Origin: Chloroflexota bacterium
GTDB lineage: Bacteria; Chloroflexota; Ktedonobacteria; Ktedonobacterales; JACDGC01
NCBI GenBank assembly: GCA_021778805.1
Contig: JAJYBV010000009.1
Span: 1-52,349, forward strand
Direction of reading: 5' to 3'
Length of the DNA stretch: 52,349 nucleotides
Position numbers and translations under genes: made by a program. Below, piece after piece: positions 18,544-27,805 of this stretch. Every line of letters begins with the position of its first letter. Position 1 is the stretch's first letter. The notes beneath the pieces are model-generated. The model had not been told where the DNA came from. It did no database searches and saw nothing but the letters and a program-made list of their open reading frames with translations.

Positions 18544-18846
18544 GTAACTACTCAGAGAGAACCAAAGCTTTGCATAAATAGGACATATACCACAAAATGA
18601 ACACCACATGTTGATGGTCTTAACTCAATGAAGTAGGTCATAAACAAAACTAACGCAAAAGATACAGCGAAACGCAAGCGGCAAGGGTCGCCCCTACCGG
18701 ATTGCATCGCCTCATGGGTACCGCGCAGTGGTTCATTTTATATAAAAATGTATTTGGGGACATCCCATTCCCCGCGTAAGGGGCAGCTGCCCCTTACGAA
18801 TCCCTGCATATGTGGCAGAGCAAGAGTATGATACCCCCTGAGTAGT
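18544..18846. repeat. MITE-like element with 12-bp terminal inverted repeats (GTAACTACTCAG / CTGAGTAGTTAC) carrying one GGGGACA(T)CCC palindromic unit.
   Basis: The left end is cgtaactactcagagagaacc (18544-18564). The right end is gataccccctgagtagttacc (18826-18846). The internal unit ggggacatcccattccccgcgtaaggggcagctgccccttacgaatcc lies at about 18758-18806. The right-end segment is homologous to the left end of the 29935-30400 element. Confidence 0.65.
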
Positions 18847-18857
18847 TACCAAAATTA

Positions 18858-20168
18858 CTAAGTGTCGGATTTTTTGGCCAGCGGCAAGGTAAAATAAAAC
18901 TCACTGCCGGAACCCAGCCGACTTTTTACCCATATTTGCCCATGGTGTGATTCCACAATGTGCCGCGCAATCGCCAAGCCAAGCCCTGTGCCTTTGCGCT
19001 GCTCTTCGGTGAAAATTTTGGCAAACTTACCGGCGTCGCGCGTGGGCAATTCCCGCGCCTTGAAAAAGCGCTCAAAAATCCTGGGAATATCATCTTCGGG
19101 AATGCCAACTCCGGTGTCGCTCACTTTTACCGTAATGCAAGGTTCATCAAAGCGAATAAATTTTATCGCCGAGGGATCGCGAGTTAATAAGCTGAGTTTG
19201 CCTTCGCTTAATGTTCCCAAAGAAGCGCTTAATGTAATTTCACCTTCTTCGGGAGTGAATTTAATTGCGTTATGAATTAAATTCACAAGGGTCTGTTCAA
19301 TGCGCGCCGCATCGGCTTGGGCAAAAGGCAGCTGTTCGTTTAACTGCGCTGTAATGGTGATATTGCGTTCTTTAGCCAACGGACGCATACGTTCAGCGGC
19401 AACTTCCAGCACACCATTAATATCCGTTGGTTCCAGCTCCAGATGAATCCGGCCGGATTCTATGCGGCTTAATTCCAGTAAATCGTTGACCAACTCTGTT
19501 AAATGATCTACCTCAACAACAATGCGGCCGGCAAATTCTGCCGCGGCGGCAGGATCTTCATGCACAGTATCGGCCAATGTTTCAGCCAGCAGTTTGGTAG
19601 ACGCCAACGGTGTGCGCAATTCGTGTGAAACGGATGTAACAAAATCTTTACGCACTGTTTCCAAGTAGCGCAATTGGGTTTCATCTTCTATAAAAAGCAG
19701 CAAATGCGATGGCAAAGTCGCTTCAGAGCTAGAGCGCGGCTCTAAAAAAAGCGGCTTGATAGTAACATGCCAAACTTCATCTTGCGCAGAGCGGGTAATC
19801 GTGCGTTCCTGCATAACACCGGTTTGAGCGGCGGCGATCATCAGCTGAGTTGTTTCATAGTCATTCACGGCTTTGATCAGCAATTTTCCAATTACTTTTT
19901 CGTAAGTTGCGCCAATAAAATAAAGCGCGGCAGGGTTAACATCCACAATTGTCCTGTCAAATTTTGCCAACAAAACCGGTCTGGGAATCGCTTCTATCAG
20001 CATATGAATAATTTCCAGTGAAGAAATACCGGATGTGCGCGCCGCCGAGACTTCGGCAGTTTGTTTAGCGTTTGCGCCGGAAAGCGCAGATTGGTTTCGC
20101 TCAATCAGTTTCCACAAAATTGCGGAAAGTATCAGCGCAATAATAAAACCAAATACAAAAGATTCCAT
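18858..20168 (-). CDS. Sensor histidine kinase (TM, PAS, HisKA and HATPase_c domains) with no adjacent response regulator.
   Basis: The H-box is S-H-E-L-R-T-P-L-A-S. The G2 box is G-T-G-L-G-L-A-I-A-R-H-I-V-E-S-H-H-G-Q-I-W-V-K-S. An N-terminal TM helix is present. Confidence 0.8.
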   Translation of the reverse strand: MESFVFGFIIALILSAILWKLIERNQSALSGANAKQTAEVSAARTSGISSLEIIHMLIEAIPRPVLLAKFDRTIVDVNPAALYFIGATYEKVIGKLLIKAVNDYETTQLMIAAAQTGVMQERTITRSAQDEVWHVTIKPLFLEPRSSSEATLPSHLLLFIEDETQLRYLETVRKDFVTSVSHELRTPLASTKLLAETLADTVHEDPAAAAEFAGRIVVEVDHLTELVNDLLELSRIESGRIHLELEPTDINGVLEVAAERMRPLAKERNITITAQLNEQLPFAQADAARIEQTLVNLIHNAIKFTPEEGEITLSASLGTLSEGKLSLLTRDPSAIKFIRFDEPCITVKVSDTGVGIPEDDIPRIFERFFKARELPTRDAGKFAKIFTEEQRKGTGLGLAIARHIVESHHGQIWVKSRLGSGSEFYFTLPLAKKSDT

Positions 20169-20499
20169 ATTTTTTCATAAAACCTTTGGTTTAAAGCAAG
20201 TTAGCAAAATACTGCGAATGCTGTTGTTTACTGTAAAAGCATACTCATTGCCATTTGGCCAAAACTGAACAGTATCTTAAATTGTGCGTTCTTCGCCGGC
20301 AAAGGCGGCTTCATAATACGTATTACTATAGCATATTTTTGATATATTTGTATGAAGGAAGATATATCTGCACACTAAAGAAAAATATTTATGCAAAACA
20401 TCCTGAAAGAGCATTTATAAAATCACGAATGGATTCCGGCGCTGCTGCATTGGGATAGCATTCGCTTTGTGGCAGCGCTTTCGTTACGGCGCGGCGTAA

Positions 20500-20830
20500 G
20501 TGGATGGGCAGCCATAAAACGAACACCACACGATGAATCACGTGGCTTGTTTCCCCATTTCCTCCACCCATGTTGCGGTGCGCAATACTCAATATTTCGC
20601 ATGAATTGCTATATGAATACAAACACAGCGCGGTACACATTGAGGCAATGCAATCCGGTAGGGGCGACCTTTGCGGTCGCCCTTGCCACCCGGCAAATAA
20701 TATTGCATTAGGGAATAAAAAGATATTTTGGGGACACCCCAAACCCCGCGCAAGGGGCTACCGCCCCTTACGTATCCCTGGTTACGCAGGTATATCTTAT
20801 CCCTCTTTAAAAGTGAAAGATCATCATCAT
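20500..20830. repeat. Composite repeat element comprising the 'aaaacgaacaccacacgatgaatc...' module, one GGGGACACCCC unit, and the terminal 'cgtatccctggttacgcaggtatatcttatccctctttaa' segment.
   Basis: Each of the three parts recurs in the roughly 650-bp copies at 40560-41215 and 45541-46192. Confidence 0.7.
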
Positions 20831-21007
20831 GTGGCTTGTTTCCCTACTTCCACTTATTTTGCCACCATGTGGTATTTGTTCTTTTTATCAACTACATCAA
20901 TGCAAGCTGTTTCTCTTAAATTCCCCTATTGACGGCTTTATTCATTTCGTGTATAGTGGGTTTGTGCGGATTACCGCACATATTTTATTCATAATTAAGG
21001 AGCTTTT

Positions 21008-21112
21008 ATGAGCGCAAATCGATTGCAAAAGCAAGCCCCCACACGGCTACAAGCACACGGCTACAAGCACACGGCTACAAGCACACGGCTACAAATATTC
21101 TACTATTGTTAG
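21008..21112 (+). CDS. Candidate 34-codon upstream ORF (leader peptide) containing four 14-bp tandem repeats.
   Basis: An AAGGAG Shine-Dalgarno sequence lies 5 nt before the ATG at 21008. The ORF MSANRLQKQAPTRLQAHGYKHTATSTRLQIFYYC ends at TAG 21110-21112, 5 nt before the TTG start of the next gene. It is too short for the supplied ORF track. Confidence 0.3.
   Translation: MSANRLQKQAPTRLQAHGYKHTATSTRLQIFYYC
21041..21096. repeat. 14-bp direct tandem repeat (acacggctacaagc) in 4 copies, 3 of them perfect.
   Basis: Read directly at 21041-21096. The unit length is not a multiple of 3, and the repeat lies inside the upstream ORF. Confidence 0.9.
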
Positions 21113-21116
21113 AATA

Positions 21117-22304
21117 TTGAGCGCCTTCTTATTGATGATGGGATTCATTTTATCCTTGCCGGCGCCTTCCTATGCTTCTACCACCAACACCGGCCCAAAT
21201 AGTGATAACCCTGCTGCTTCTCCCGCTTCCTCACCTGCTGCTTCACCTACCGTGCGGCTTCGTGAGCCGGTTAAGCAGAACCCAACTTGGGTTGCAGCAA
21301 AATACTCTTTTCGAGTGTTTAGCGGCATTAATCCGAATCTTCCAATTAAAGGTCAAAAAATCTCTCCATTCGTCTTGCCCATCAGTCCTTTAAAATGCCC
21401 TACGCCTGTTGCTAACAGCGCTGCACCCAATCCTTTGTGTGGCTCAACACCTCCAACTGCCTATACCTTAACTCAAGATACCTATAACAAAAATACTTGG
21501 GAACCCAGCGACGGCACAGAACCCAATTCTCCCGGAGGCAGCTCTGCGGATGATCTTGGTGACGCATATAATTCAAATATTCCTGGCGTTCCAAGCAATA
21601 AAGATTTTTATGACCTGTGCGGTCCCGGCGCTACAGATATTGCCTTGGATTTTTGGCCGGCTCCGCCTAATTTGCTGGAAAACGTTACGGATGATCCCGA
21701 TTATGATAAAGCTGTTAACTATACCAGAAGCATTAACTTGCAAACTTATTGGAACGGCACTCGCATGCGCGGCTATATGACTTATCTCGCTTGGCAAACA
21801 CAAGCGCCAACTTGGCCTACAGCTGGCATGATGGATACCAGCACATACCCTTCAAATGGCGTTACTGAGTATGATATTCAAGATGCGCTCAATTGGGAAG
21901 CTTCAGGCCATAATGTGAGCACATGGCAGAACTATTTTTACTTAATAACTTGGTGGAATAAATCCTCTGCAAGCGGATTAAATCAAGACGTTGTTACAGA
22001 TGTTGCAAATTCACATGTTCCCGTTGTTGCTGAAGTAAACGCCGCTATGCTGCCAAATTGGGTAGATCATGGACCAGGTCTTGTAAAGCATCAGATAGCG
22101 ATTATTGGCTACGATAACATAAAGGGAACCTACACCTATGTTGATACCTGCGCAAATTTTACAAAATGTAATGTCGAAACTAATCCAATTAACGAAAACA
22201 ATTGGCATACTGTTCCACAATCAACCATGTGGCAAGCCATAATCGCGGTACCTGTCAACACCAGCCCGCTGCCGCAATACGGTGATGGCGGCTGGGTGTG
22301 GTAA
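21117..22304 (+). CDS. Secreted papain-like cysteine peptidase (Peptidase_C39_2/BtrH-like fold) with an N-terminal Pro/Ser/Ala-rich linker.
   Basis: It has a hydrophobic N-terminus. The candidate catalytic Cys is in L-C-G-P-G-A-T-D-I-A, the His in H-Q-I-A-I-I-G-Y-D-N, and the Asp in Y-V-D-T. The start is a TTG at 21117, or an ATG at 21138. Confidence 0.4.
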   Translation: MSAFLLMMGFILSLPAPSYASTTNTGPNSDNPAASPASSPAASPTVRLREPVKQNPTWVAAKYSFRVFSGINPNLPIKGQKISPFVLPISPLKCPTPVANSAAPNPLCGSTPPTAYTLTQDTYNKNTWEPSDGTEPNSPGGSSADDLGDAYNSNIPGVPSNKDFYDLCGPGATDIALDFWPAPPNLLENVTDDPDYDKAVNYTRSINLQTYWNGTRMRGYMTYLAWQTQAPTWPTAGMMDTSTYPSNGVTEYDIQDALNWEASGHNVSTWQNYFYLITWWNKSSASGLNQDVVTDVANSHVPVVAEVNAAMLPNWVDHGPGLVKHQIAIIGYDNIKGTYTYVDTCANFTKCNVETNPINENNWHTVPQSTMWQAIIAVPVNTSPLPQYGDGGWVW

Positions 22305-22461
22305 TTTCCTTGGCACAATCTTTAGCAAAATTATAAACCCGAATTAGCACACAAAAAAGTATCTTGTTCGGTTTTCCTTGATTAGTTTGCCGAGCAAGAT
22401 ACCAATGTAAAATAGTCTGTTTTCTTCAAATCGCCTACATACACAAATAGAAAGGCTTGTT

Positions 22462-23676
22462 ATGCAAAAACATATCATCTCTCGCTCATCCTTATCCCTT
22501 AAAAAAACACTTCTGCTATTTCTTTGCTTGGCTAGTATCAGTTTTTCCGCTTGCTCCAGCACGAGCATTGCCATACACAAAACCCCTGCGCCTACAGCAA
22601 CAGCAACACATGCGCCATCTGCTCCTTTCCTCGTTTCTTCGCAATGGCAGGTAGCGTATATTGATCAAACAGGAACGCTCCATGGTGTTACCCTGGATGG
22701 CAAACATGACCAAACTGGAAAACAAATTCAAGACCCCGAACTTACATCACAACAAAGCCCTGGGTTTCTGTGCAGTTCTATCAGCCCGGATGGGCATACC
22801 TTCAGCATGGATCTCAGTCAGTTTATGACCATTGATATTCGCGGAGTAACCCCTGATAGATTAGCGTCATTGCAATTTTTAGCATATGAATCGTTTTGGT
22901 CACCATTAGGAGACAAAGAAGCAGTTTTAGGCGGTGATTATGATTTCTATATCATCAATACTCGTGATGGAAACCCAGTCCGAATACCTTTTGATAATCT
23001 TACTCATCGTTTTAACATTGTAGGATGGATTGACGAAACACATCTTTTAATAGAAACTGAAACATTAGTACCAGGAAGCTCTGTAAACGTTTACTATACT
23101 GCTGAGTCGCTGAATATTGCCACAGGAAAAGCCACCATAATAGGTTCATTGTATCATGCTGAAATGCCGCAAGTGGCTGGTTTTATTTCTCCAGACGGCA
23201 AAACAGTTTTTATCTTTGATGTAGATGAGCAAGATAATCCCTTTCAACTTGTGCTGGCAACCATGAATCTGCAAACCGGGCAAATTACTCAATACCCGCA
23301 TATTGCCGCTGTTTTACAAAATAAAGATGTTATTACAAACGCGGTATGGAAACCCGGTTCCCAGGAATTAGTGCTGACCACCGGATTCCAAGAAAATAGT
23401 GATCTGCAAACCTGGATTGTGCATTTAGACACCGATTCCATCACTCCTTTGGTCGCAAATCAATTTGCCACCGCATGGAACGCCGAAACCAACACCATTC
23501 TTACCATTTCCGCCAATAATGGAATGGGTGATGGAGGAATTGCCGTTGATCGATCTGACCCTATTACCATATACGCCAATGCGCTGGATGCGCAGGAGCG
23601 CCCAACCAGTACCATATTAACCAAAAATGCTTATTTTACTTCAAACTTGGGGTTTATTCCGCCATCGCAACCGTAA
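22462..23676 (+). CDS. Lipoprotein with a TolB-like beta-propeller.
   Basis: The signal peptide carries an L-S-F-S-A-C lipobox. Repeated 'SPDG(H/K)T' blade motifs are present. Confidence 0.45.
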   Translation: MQKHIISRSSLSLKKTLLLFLCLASISFSACSSTSIAIHKTPAPTATATHAPSAPFLVSSQWQVAYIDQTGTLHGVTLDGKHDQTGKQIQDPELTSQQSPGFLCSSISPDGHTFSMDLSQFMTIDIRGVTPDRLASLQFLAYESFWSPLGDKEAVLGGDYDFYIINTRDGNPVRIPFDNLTHRFNIVGWIDETHLLIETETLVPGSSVNVYYTAESLNIATGKATIIGSLYHAEMPQVAGFISPDGKTVFIFDVDEQDNPFQLVLATMNLQTGQITQYPHIAAVLQNKDVITNAVWKPGSQELVLTTGFQENSDLQTWIVHLDTDSITPLVANQFATAWNAETNTILTISANNGMGDGGIAVDRSDPITIYANALDAQERPTSTILTKNAYFTSNLGFIPPSQP

Positions 23677-23839
23677 CATTTGCAATTAGCAATTGATTTC
23701 TATAACAAACCATGTAATTCAAGCGCCTAAAAACCGCGAATGCTAGCGCACATTATTCCTGTGCGGCAAATTCAGCCGCACAGTTTAGCAATATAAGGGG
23801 GAGAAAGTAACACGCCGGTGGATTCAAACCAAATAGTAA

Positions 23840-23866
23840 AACCTGCCGGCGCAGGTTGCAAAAAAT
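23840..23866. terminator. Bidirectional intrinsic terminator between convergent genes.
   Basis: The arms aacctgc / gcaggtt form a stem around a cggc loop. The hairpin is flanked by a T-tract on the plus side and an A-tract on the minus side. Confidence 0.5.
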
Positions 23867-23867
23867 T

Positions 23868-24104
23868 TTATTTGTAATTTTCTTGCAATTCTTGGAGCGC
23901 TGACTTATATTCAGTGACAGAAATTTCGCCATTTTGATAGCGCATTTGTAAAATCGCGGCGGGATTCCTATGTTGCCGCGTTGGGATAGAAACCCGGTTT
24001 TTCAGCCGGTTTATTGTTTGCACAAACAAAAATCCGATGAAACCTGTAAACAGCAGTATGCTGAAAAACAAAATCCAAAATAATGCGGAACTAAATTGTG
24101 TCAT
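23868..24104 (-). CDS. Small membrane-anchored SHOCT-domain protein, 78 aa.
   Basis: One N-terminal TM helix is followed by a C-terminal motif AILQMRYQNGEISVTEYKSALQELQ, typical of SHOCT (PF09851). Confidence 0.55.
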   Translation of the reverse strand: MTQFSSALFWILFFSILLFTGFIGFLFVQTINRLKNRVSIPTRQHRNPAAILQMRYQNGEISVTEYKSALQELQENYK

Positions 24105-24210
24105 ATTTCCTTCGCCTCTTTACGTATGAAGTACTCGCACATATGTATTATAGCAAAAAACATGTGTATTATGCAGATCGGCAATGACTGGCAATGAAAG
24201 TATAGAAACA

Positions 24211-24331
24211 GCTAGAGACCTGAGCCTAAAAATGGAATAAGAGGAATCGGGGGACACCCCCGGCCCCGTCAGGAGGCATACTGCCTCCTGCGCCTCCTGC
24301 TTTGTGCTTTACGTATGCTCAGGTCTCTAGC
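24211..24331. repeat. 121-bp MITE-like element with perfect 15-bp terminal inverted repeats.
   Basis: The left terminal repeat gctagagacctgagc (24211-24225) is the exact reverse complement of the right one, gctcaggtctctagc (24317-24331). The interior carries gggggacaccccc and a caggaggcatactgcctcctg hairpin. It is related to the copies at 11632 and 36357. Confidence 0.8.
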
Positions 24332-24391
24332 AAATATTAAAAAAAGCCGCGCAATACATACGCGGCTTCAAATCATTCTTTTGAAATTGCT

Positions 24392-26137
24392 CTAAAAATT
24401 GCTTTGCCGGAACGTAGGCTTAATATTCGTTGCCGCAAAATCACCCTTAATTCGGCCGGTGTTCAGGTCGAACCCCATCTCGCGGAAAGTAAATAATTCA
24501 TGCGCTTCTATCGAAGAATCATCTGCGCCAACCACCTCAGTAATAGATATGATGCGGCGCGATCCATCTCGCAAACGCGCACACTGCACAATCACATCCA
24601 CACCGGAAGCAATTTGTCTGCGAATAGCGTTGGGTGTTGTTGAGCCAGCCGAAGCAGAGACTAAAGATTCCAGTCGATTCAGGGCGTCTTGAATAGAATG
24701 CGCTTGTAAAGTTGTCATCGAGCCGTTATGGCCGCAATGCAGCGCCTGAATAAATCCGAAAGCGTCTATTGGCCGCAGCTCACCCAAAATAATTCTTTGG
24801 GGGCTAAGCCGCAGAGTATTATAAATTAATTCACCGGTAGTAATATATGCGCCGGTAAAACCCGGCGGGCGTACCGAAGGAGCCTCGAAACGCGCCGCAT
24901 GCCGCTGCCGCAGCTGCAGTTCCGCCAATTCTTCAATGATCACGATTCGGTCGTTTTCATCGATACTATTGGCTAATGCATTTAACAAAGTGGTTTTTCC
25001 GGAACCGGGCGAACCGGAAATAATGATATTCACGTTATCCGCAACACATTCTTTTAAAAAATCTGCAATGTGCAAAGACATCATATCATTGCGCACCAGT
25101 TGTTCCAGCGCAAACATCCGCTTGATAGGCCTTCGGATGGTGAGGGTTGGCCCTGAAACCGCGTTGGGCGGAATAACAACATTGATGCGCGATCCGTCGG
25201 ATAATTGCCCGTCAAAAATTGGATTTTGCCGTGAAAGGGTTCCACCGGACGGATTAATTAGTTTATACAGCACGTGCATGAGATGAGATTCATCCAAAAA
25301 ATGAACCGGCACTTCATATAAACTGCCTCCTTGCTCTACATACGTCATATGAGGGCCAATAACCATTATTTCACTAACCGAATCATCGCGCAGCAACGGC
25401 TCCAATGGACCGGCTCCAAGCACTTCATCAACAACCAAACTGATGATTTTTTCATTTTCAGCCACTTTAGCAAAAGAATCTTGAGTTAACTCATTTGGCG
25501 CAATTTGCAGAGCCAGATTTCTAATAATTTCAATTGTTTCCGGAGTGCGTTCAACGGGTATATCCAAATTTTGGCTGTGATACAGTTCTTCAATTTGCAT
25601 CGCAATATTCACAGCTTTGGCTATCTGGGCATCTTCAGGGAATTGCAGATGCGGATGGTGTGATGCATTCATTACTGCTGCAGGTGGTGGCTGTGAATTT
25701 TCAAATGCATTTTGCGCGCTATCAATATCTATTTCATTTTGAAAAAATGTTACCGCTTCTTGGTATCCGGGCGCTCCATTAGGTGGAGGCGGTTCAAAAA
25801 CTAAAAAATCACTATTGCCGGCGCCGGTATCATTTGTTGGGTTTTCCTCCCAATATCCCTGTTCTTTAGGATTTCTGCCTGGCCATGTATCGATCGGCTC
25901 GGAATGAAACGACTGCTCTTTGTGAAACGATTGATCTTTAGAAATATTTTCTATCGCGTCGGGAACAACATCTCCAAAATTTTGCTTGCTAACCCAATCT
26001 TCGGTATGAAATGAAACATCTTGAGGTGGATATGATAAATGCAAGGTTGGGCTAAGCGAATAACTGGGTATTTCTTCGGAAATTGACGTTCCCTGATCTT
26101 GCATATTTGCGTTATGTTGTGTCGGATGGCGATGCAT
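24392..26137 (-). CDS. CpaF/TadA-type secretion ATPase of the VirB11/GspE superfamily, with a roughly 200-aa disordered N-terminal extension.
   Basis: Walker A is I-S-G-S-P-G-S-G-K-T-T-L-L-N-A-L. The Asp box and Walker B read RIILGELR. The His box is C-G-H-N-G-S-M-T-T-L-Q-A-H-S. A CpaF N-domain is present (VSEIMVIGPHMTYVEQ). The first roughly 200 aa are Q/P/E/N-rich and low-complexity. Confidence 0.8.
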   Translation of the reverse strand: MHRHPTQHNANMQDQGTSISEEIPSYSLSPTLHLSYPPQDVSFHTEDWVSKQNFGDVVPDAIENISKDQSFHKEQSFHSEPIDTWPGRNPKEQGYWEENPTNDTGAGNSDFLVFEPPPPNGAPGYQEAVTFFQNEIDIDSAQNAFENSQPPPAAVMNASHHPHLQFPEDAQIAKAVNIAMQIEELYHSQNLDIPVERTPETIEIIRNLALQIAPNELTQDSFAKVAENEKIISLVVDEVLGAGPLEPLLRDDSVSEIMVIGPHMTYVEQGGSLYEVPVHFLDESHLMHVLYKLINPSGGTLSRQNPIFDGQLSDGSRINVVIPPNAVSGPTLTIRRPIKRMFALEQLVRNDMMSLHIADFLKECVADNVNIIISGSPGSGKTTLLNALANSIDENDRIVIIEELAELQLRQRHAARFEAPSVRPPGFTGAYITTGELIYNTLRLSPQRIILGELRPIDAFGFIQALHCGHNGSMTTLQAHSIQDALNRLESLVSASAGSTTPNAIRRQIASGVDVIVQCARLRDGSRRIISITEVVGADDSSIEAHELFTFREMGFDLNTGRIKGDFAATNIKPTFRQSNF

Positions 26138-26337
26138 ATCGCAGCCCCTTCTTTGTGCGTTTCCTTACGTAGTATTGTGCGCAGGTAAATCCTTCATCCT
26201 GCTGAAAACACAATCACTCTCTGTTTCCATGATACACATGCTGAAAAATTTCCGATAAAAAAGGTCTTTTGGTATATTTATTTGCCGCAAAAAGAATCTG
26301 CGTTTCGCAAGCAGATCCGGCTGCCTATCTTTCGCTT

Positions 26338-27666
26338 TTAAAACAATTCCGTTTTCAATAGTTCAACCTGATCTTCAGAAAGCACATCAAACATCACCAA
26401 AAGCGCCGCCAAATCATAATCTTTGCCGGCGGCAGATAATTCTTGTTTTATCCTGCCTAAAGACGCAATTTCATCGGCGGTCACCAAATCGCGGCTAACC
26501 AGCAGCGCCGCCAATAATTGATCCGGCGTTAAAAACTTAAATAACATGGCTAAATCAGTTACAGAAAATTCCATGCCAACGCTTTGCAGCGTCTGCTGAA
26601 TTGCGCGGAGCGCATCTAGTTTTTGCGGCGCCACAACCGCGCTATCCATTAAAAATGAGCTGAGCGCGCGATCATTTATATGGTCGCGCGGGCGCAGATC
26701 TTCGCTGCTAATAACCGGTATAGGTGTTGTTTGACTTTCCATACGGGGATCATCCGGAGCGATAGCGGCGCCGTTATATCCTCGGTATGCGAATCCCGGT
26801 TTAGGTTTTGGAGCCGGCGGTTCCCAAGCGTCATCAATGGAAATCTGTTTTGCCGGTTGGGAACGCTGCGGCGCTTTAGGTTTGGGTTTTGGCGCAAACG
26901 CTTCGGCAAACAAATCTTGTGATTGCGAAGAACGCGCTGATGGCGGCGGTGGTTCTTTTGGTGTACTTCGCCTTTCGGAAAATGGCGGCGGCGGCATTGA
27001 TGAAACAATTGGTGGCGGCCCACCGGATTTTGGATTCCGCTTAAAAGGATTTTCACTCAGCGGCTGCGCAAACGGCGAGGAATCACCGGAACTTTCAGAA
27101 AATAAATCTTCGGTGCTTGCGGGAATATTGAGTGGCGCCCAATTTTGAACAGACGGCGCCTCAAATGGGGGCAGCGATTGGCGCTGTTTTGGCAAAGGCA
27201 GCGATAAATTCGCCGGCGGGCCGTCGGTCCACATCGGTATAGGTGTAGCGTCGGGAAGTTTAGAGCGAATTAAGGCAATAAGTGTTTCAAATTCATTTGG
27301 CCCGGTTATCTCTATATCTGCGCGCGCCATTCGCAAGCCATCTTCTAAATTAGAGGTAATGCGTGTAGGATCATAGCGAAACGTAACAATCTGGAAATCG
27401 CGCGCATGGCGATGCGAATCCATACCAACCCAAAATTCGCGTCTGTTAGCGGCCGCGTTTGCCAGGTCTACAACAACCAAATCAACAGGATCATTTTGCA
27501 GCGTATGAAAAACTTCAACGGGTATTCTTGCGGCGCGCACATCATACCCCTCGGTGCGCAGCCGCGCCAAAATCGCCGCCGCGGTGGTGTCGTTGCGTTC
27601 AAATAACAGCACCATCGGCCCGGTTGCATTTATTTTTAGAGAAGACGGAGAAAGATTTTGGCGCAT
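26338..27666 (-). CDS. Regulator with an N-terminal atypical receiver (REC-like) domain, a central Pro-rich linker and C-terminal GspE_N/MshEN-like repeats.
   Basis: The REC-like region has an acceptor Asp in V-V-V-D-L and a Thr in Q-I-V-T-F. The acidic pair is replaced by E-R-N-D, and the conserved Lys is not evident. The C-terminus, LTPDQLLAALLVSRDLVTADEIASLGRIKQ ... DLAALLVMFDVLSEDQVELL, resembles type II secretion protein E N-domain repeats. Confidence 0.5.
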   Translation of the reverse strand: MRQNLSPSSLKINATGPMVLLFERNDTTAAAILARLRTEGYDVRAARIPVEVFHTLQNDPVDLVVVDLANAAANRREFWVGMDSHRHARDFQIVTFRYDPTRITSNLEDGLRMARADIEITGPNEFETLIALIRSKLPDATPIPMWTDGPPANLSLPLPKQRQSLPPFEAPSVQNWAPLNIPASTEDLFSESSGDSSPFAQPLSENPFKRNPKSGGPPPIVSSMPPPPFSERRSTPKEPPPPSARSSQSQDLFAEAFAPKPKPKAPQRSQPAKQISIDDAWEPPAPKPKPGFAYRGYNGAAIAPDDPRMESQTTPIPVISSEDLRPRDHINDRALSSFLMDSAVVAPQKLDALRAIQQTLQSVGMEFSVTDLAMLFKFLTPDQLLAALLVSRDLVTADEIASLGRIKQELSAAGKDYDLAALLVMFDVLSEDQVELLKTELF

Positions 27667-27805
27667 AGTTTAATATCTCTATATTTCAACATCTCGGCTA
27701 AACATACGCCACCACAGGCAAAAAGCGTAAGGCTAACCGGCTGGTATCAGGTAAAGTATACCATATATCTGTTAATCGGAAAATAGTGTTATGAAACTAG
27801 GATAT

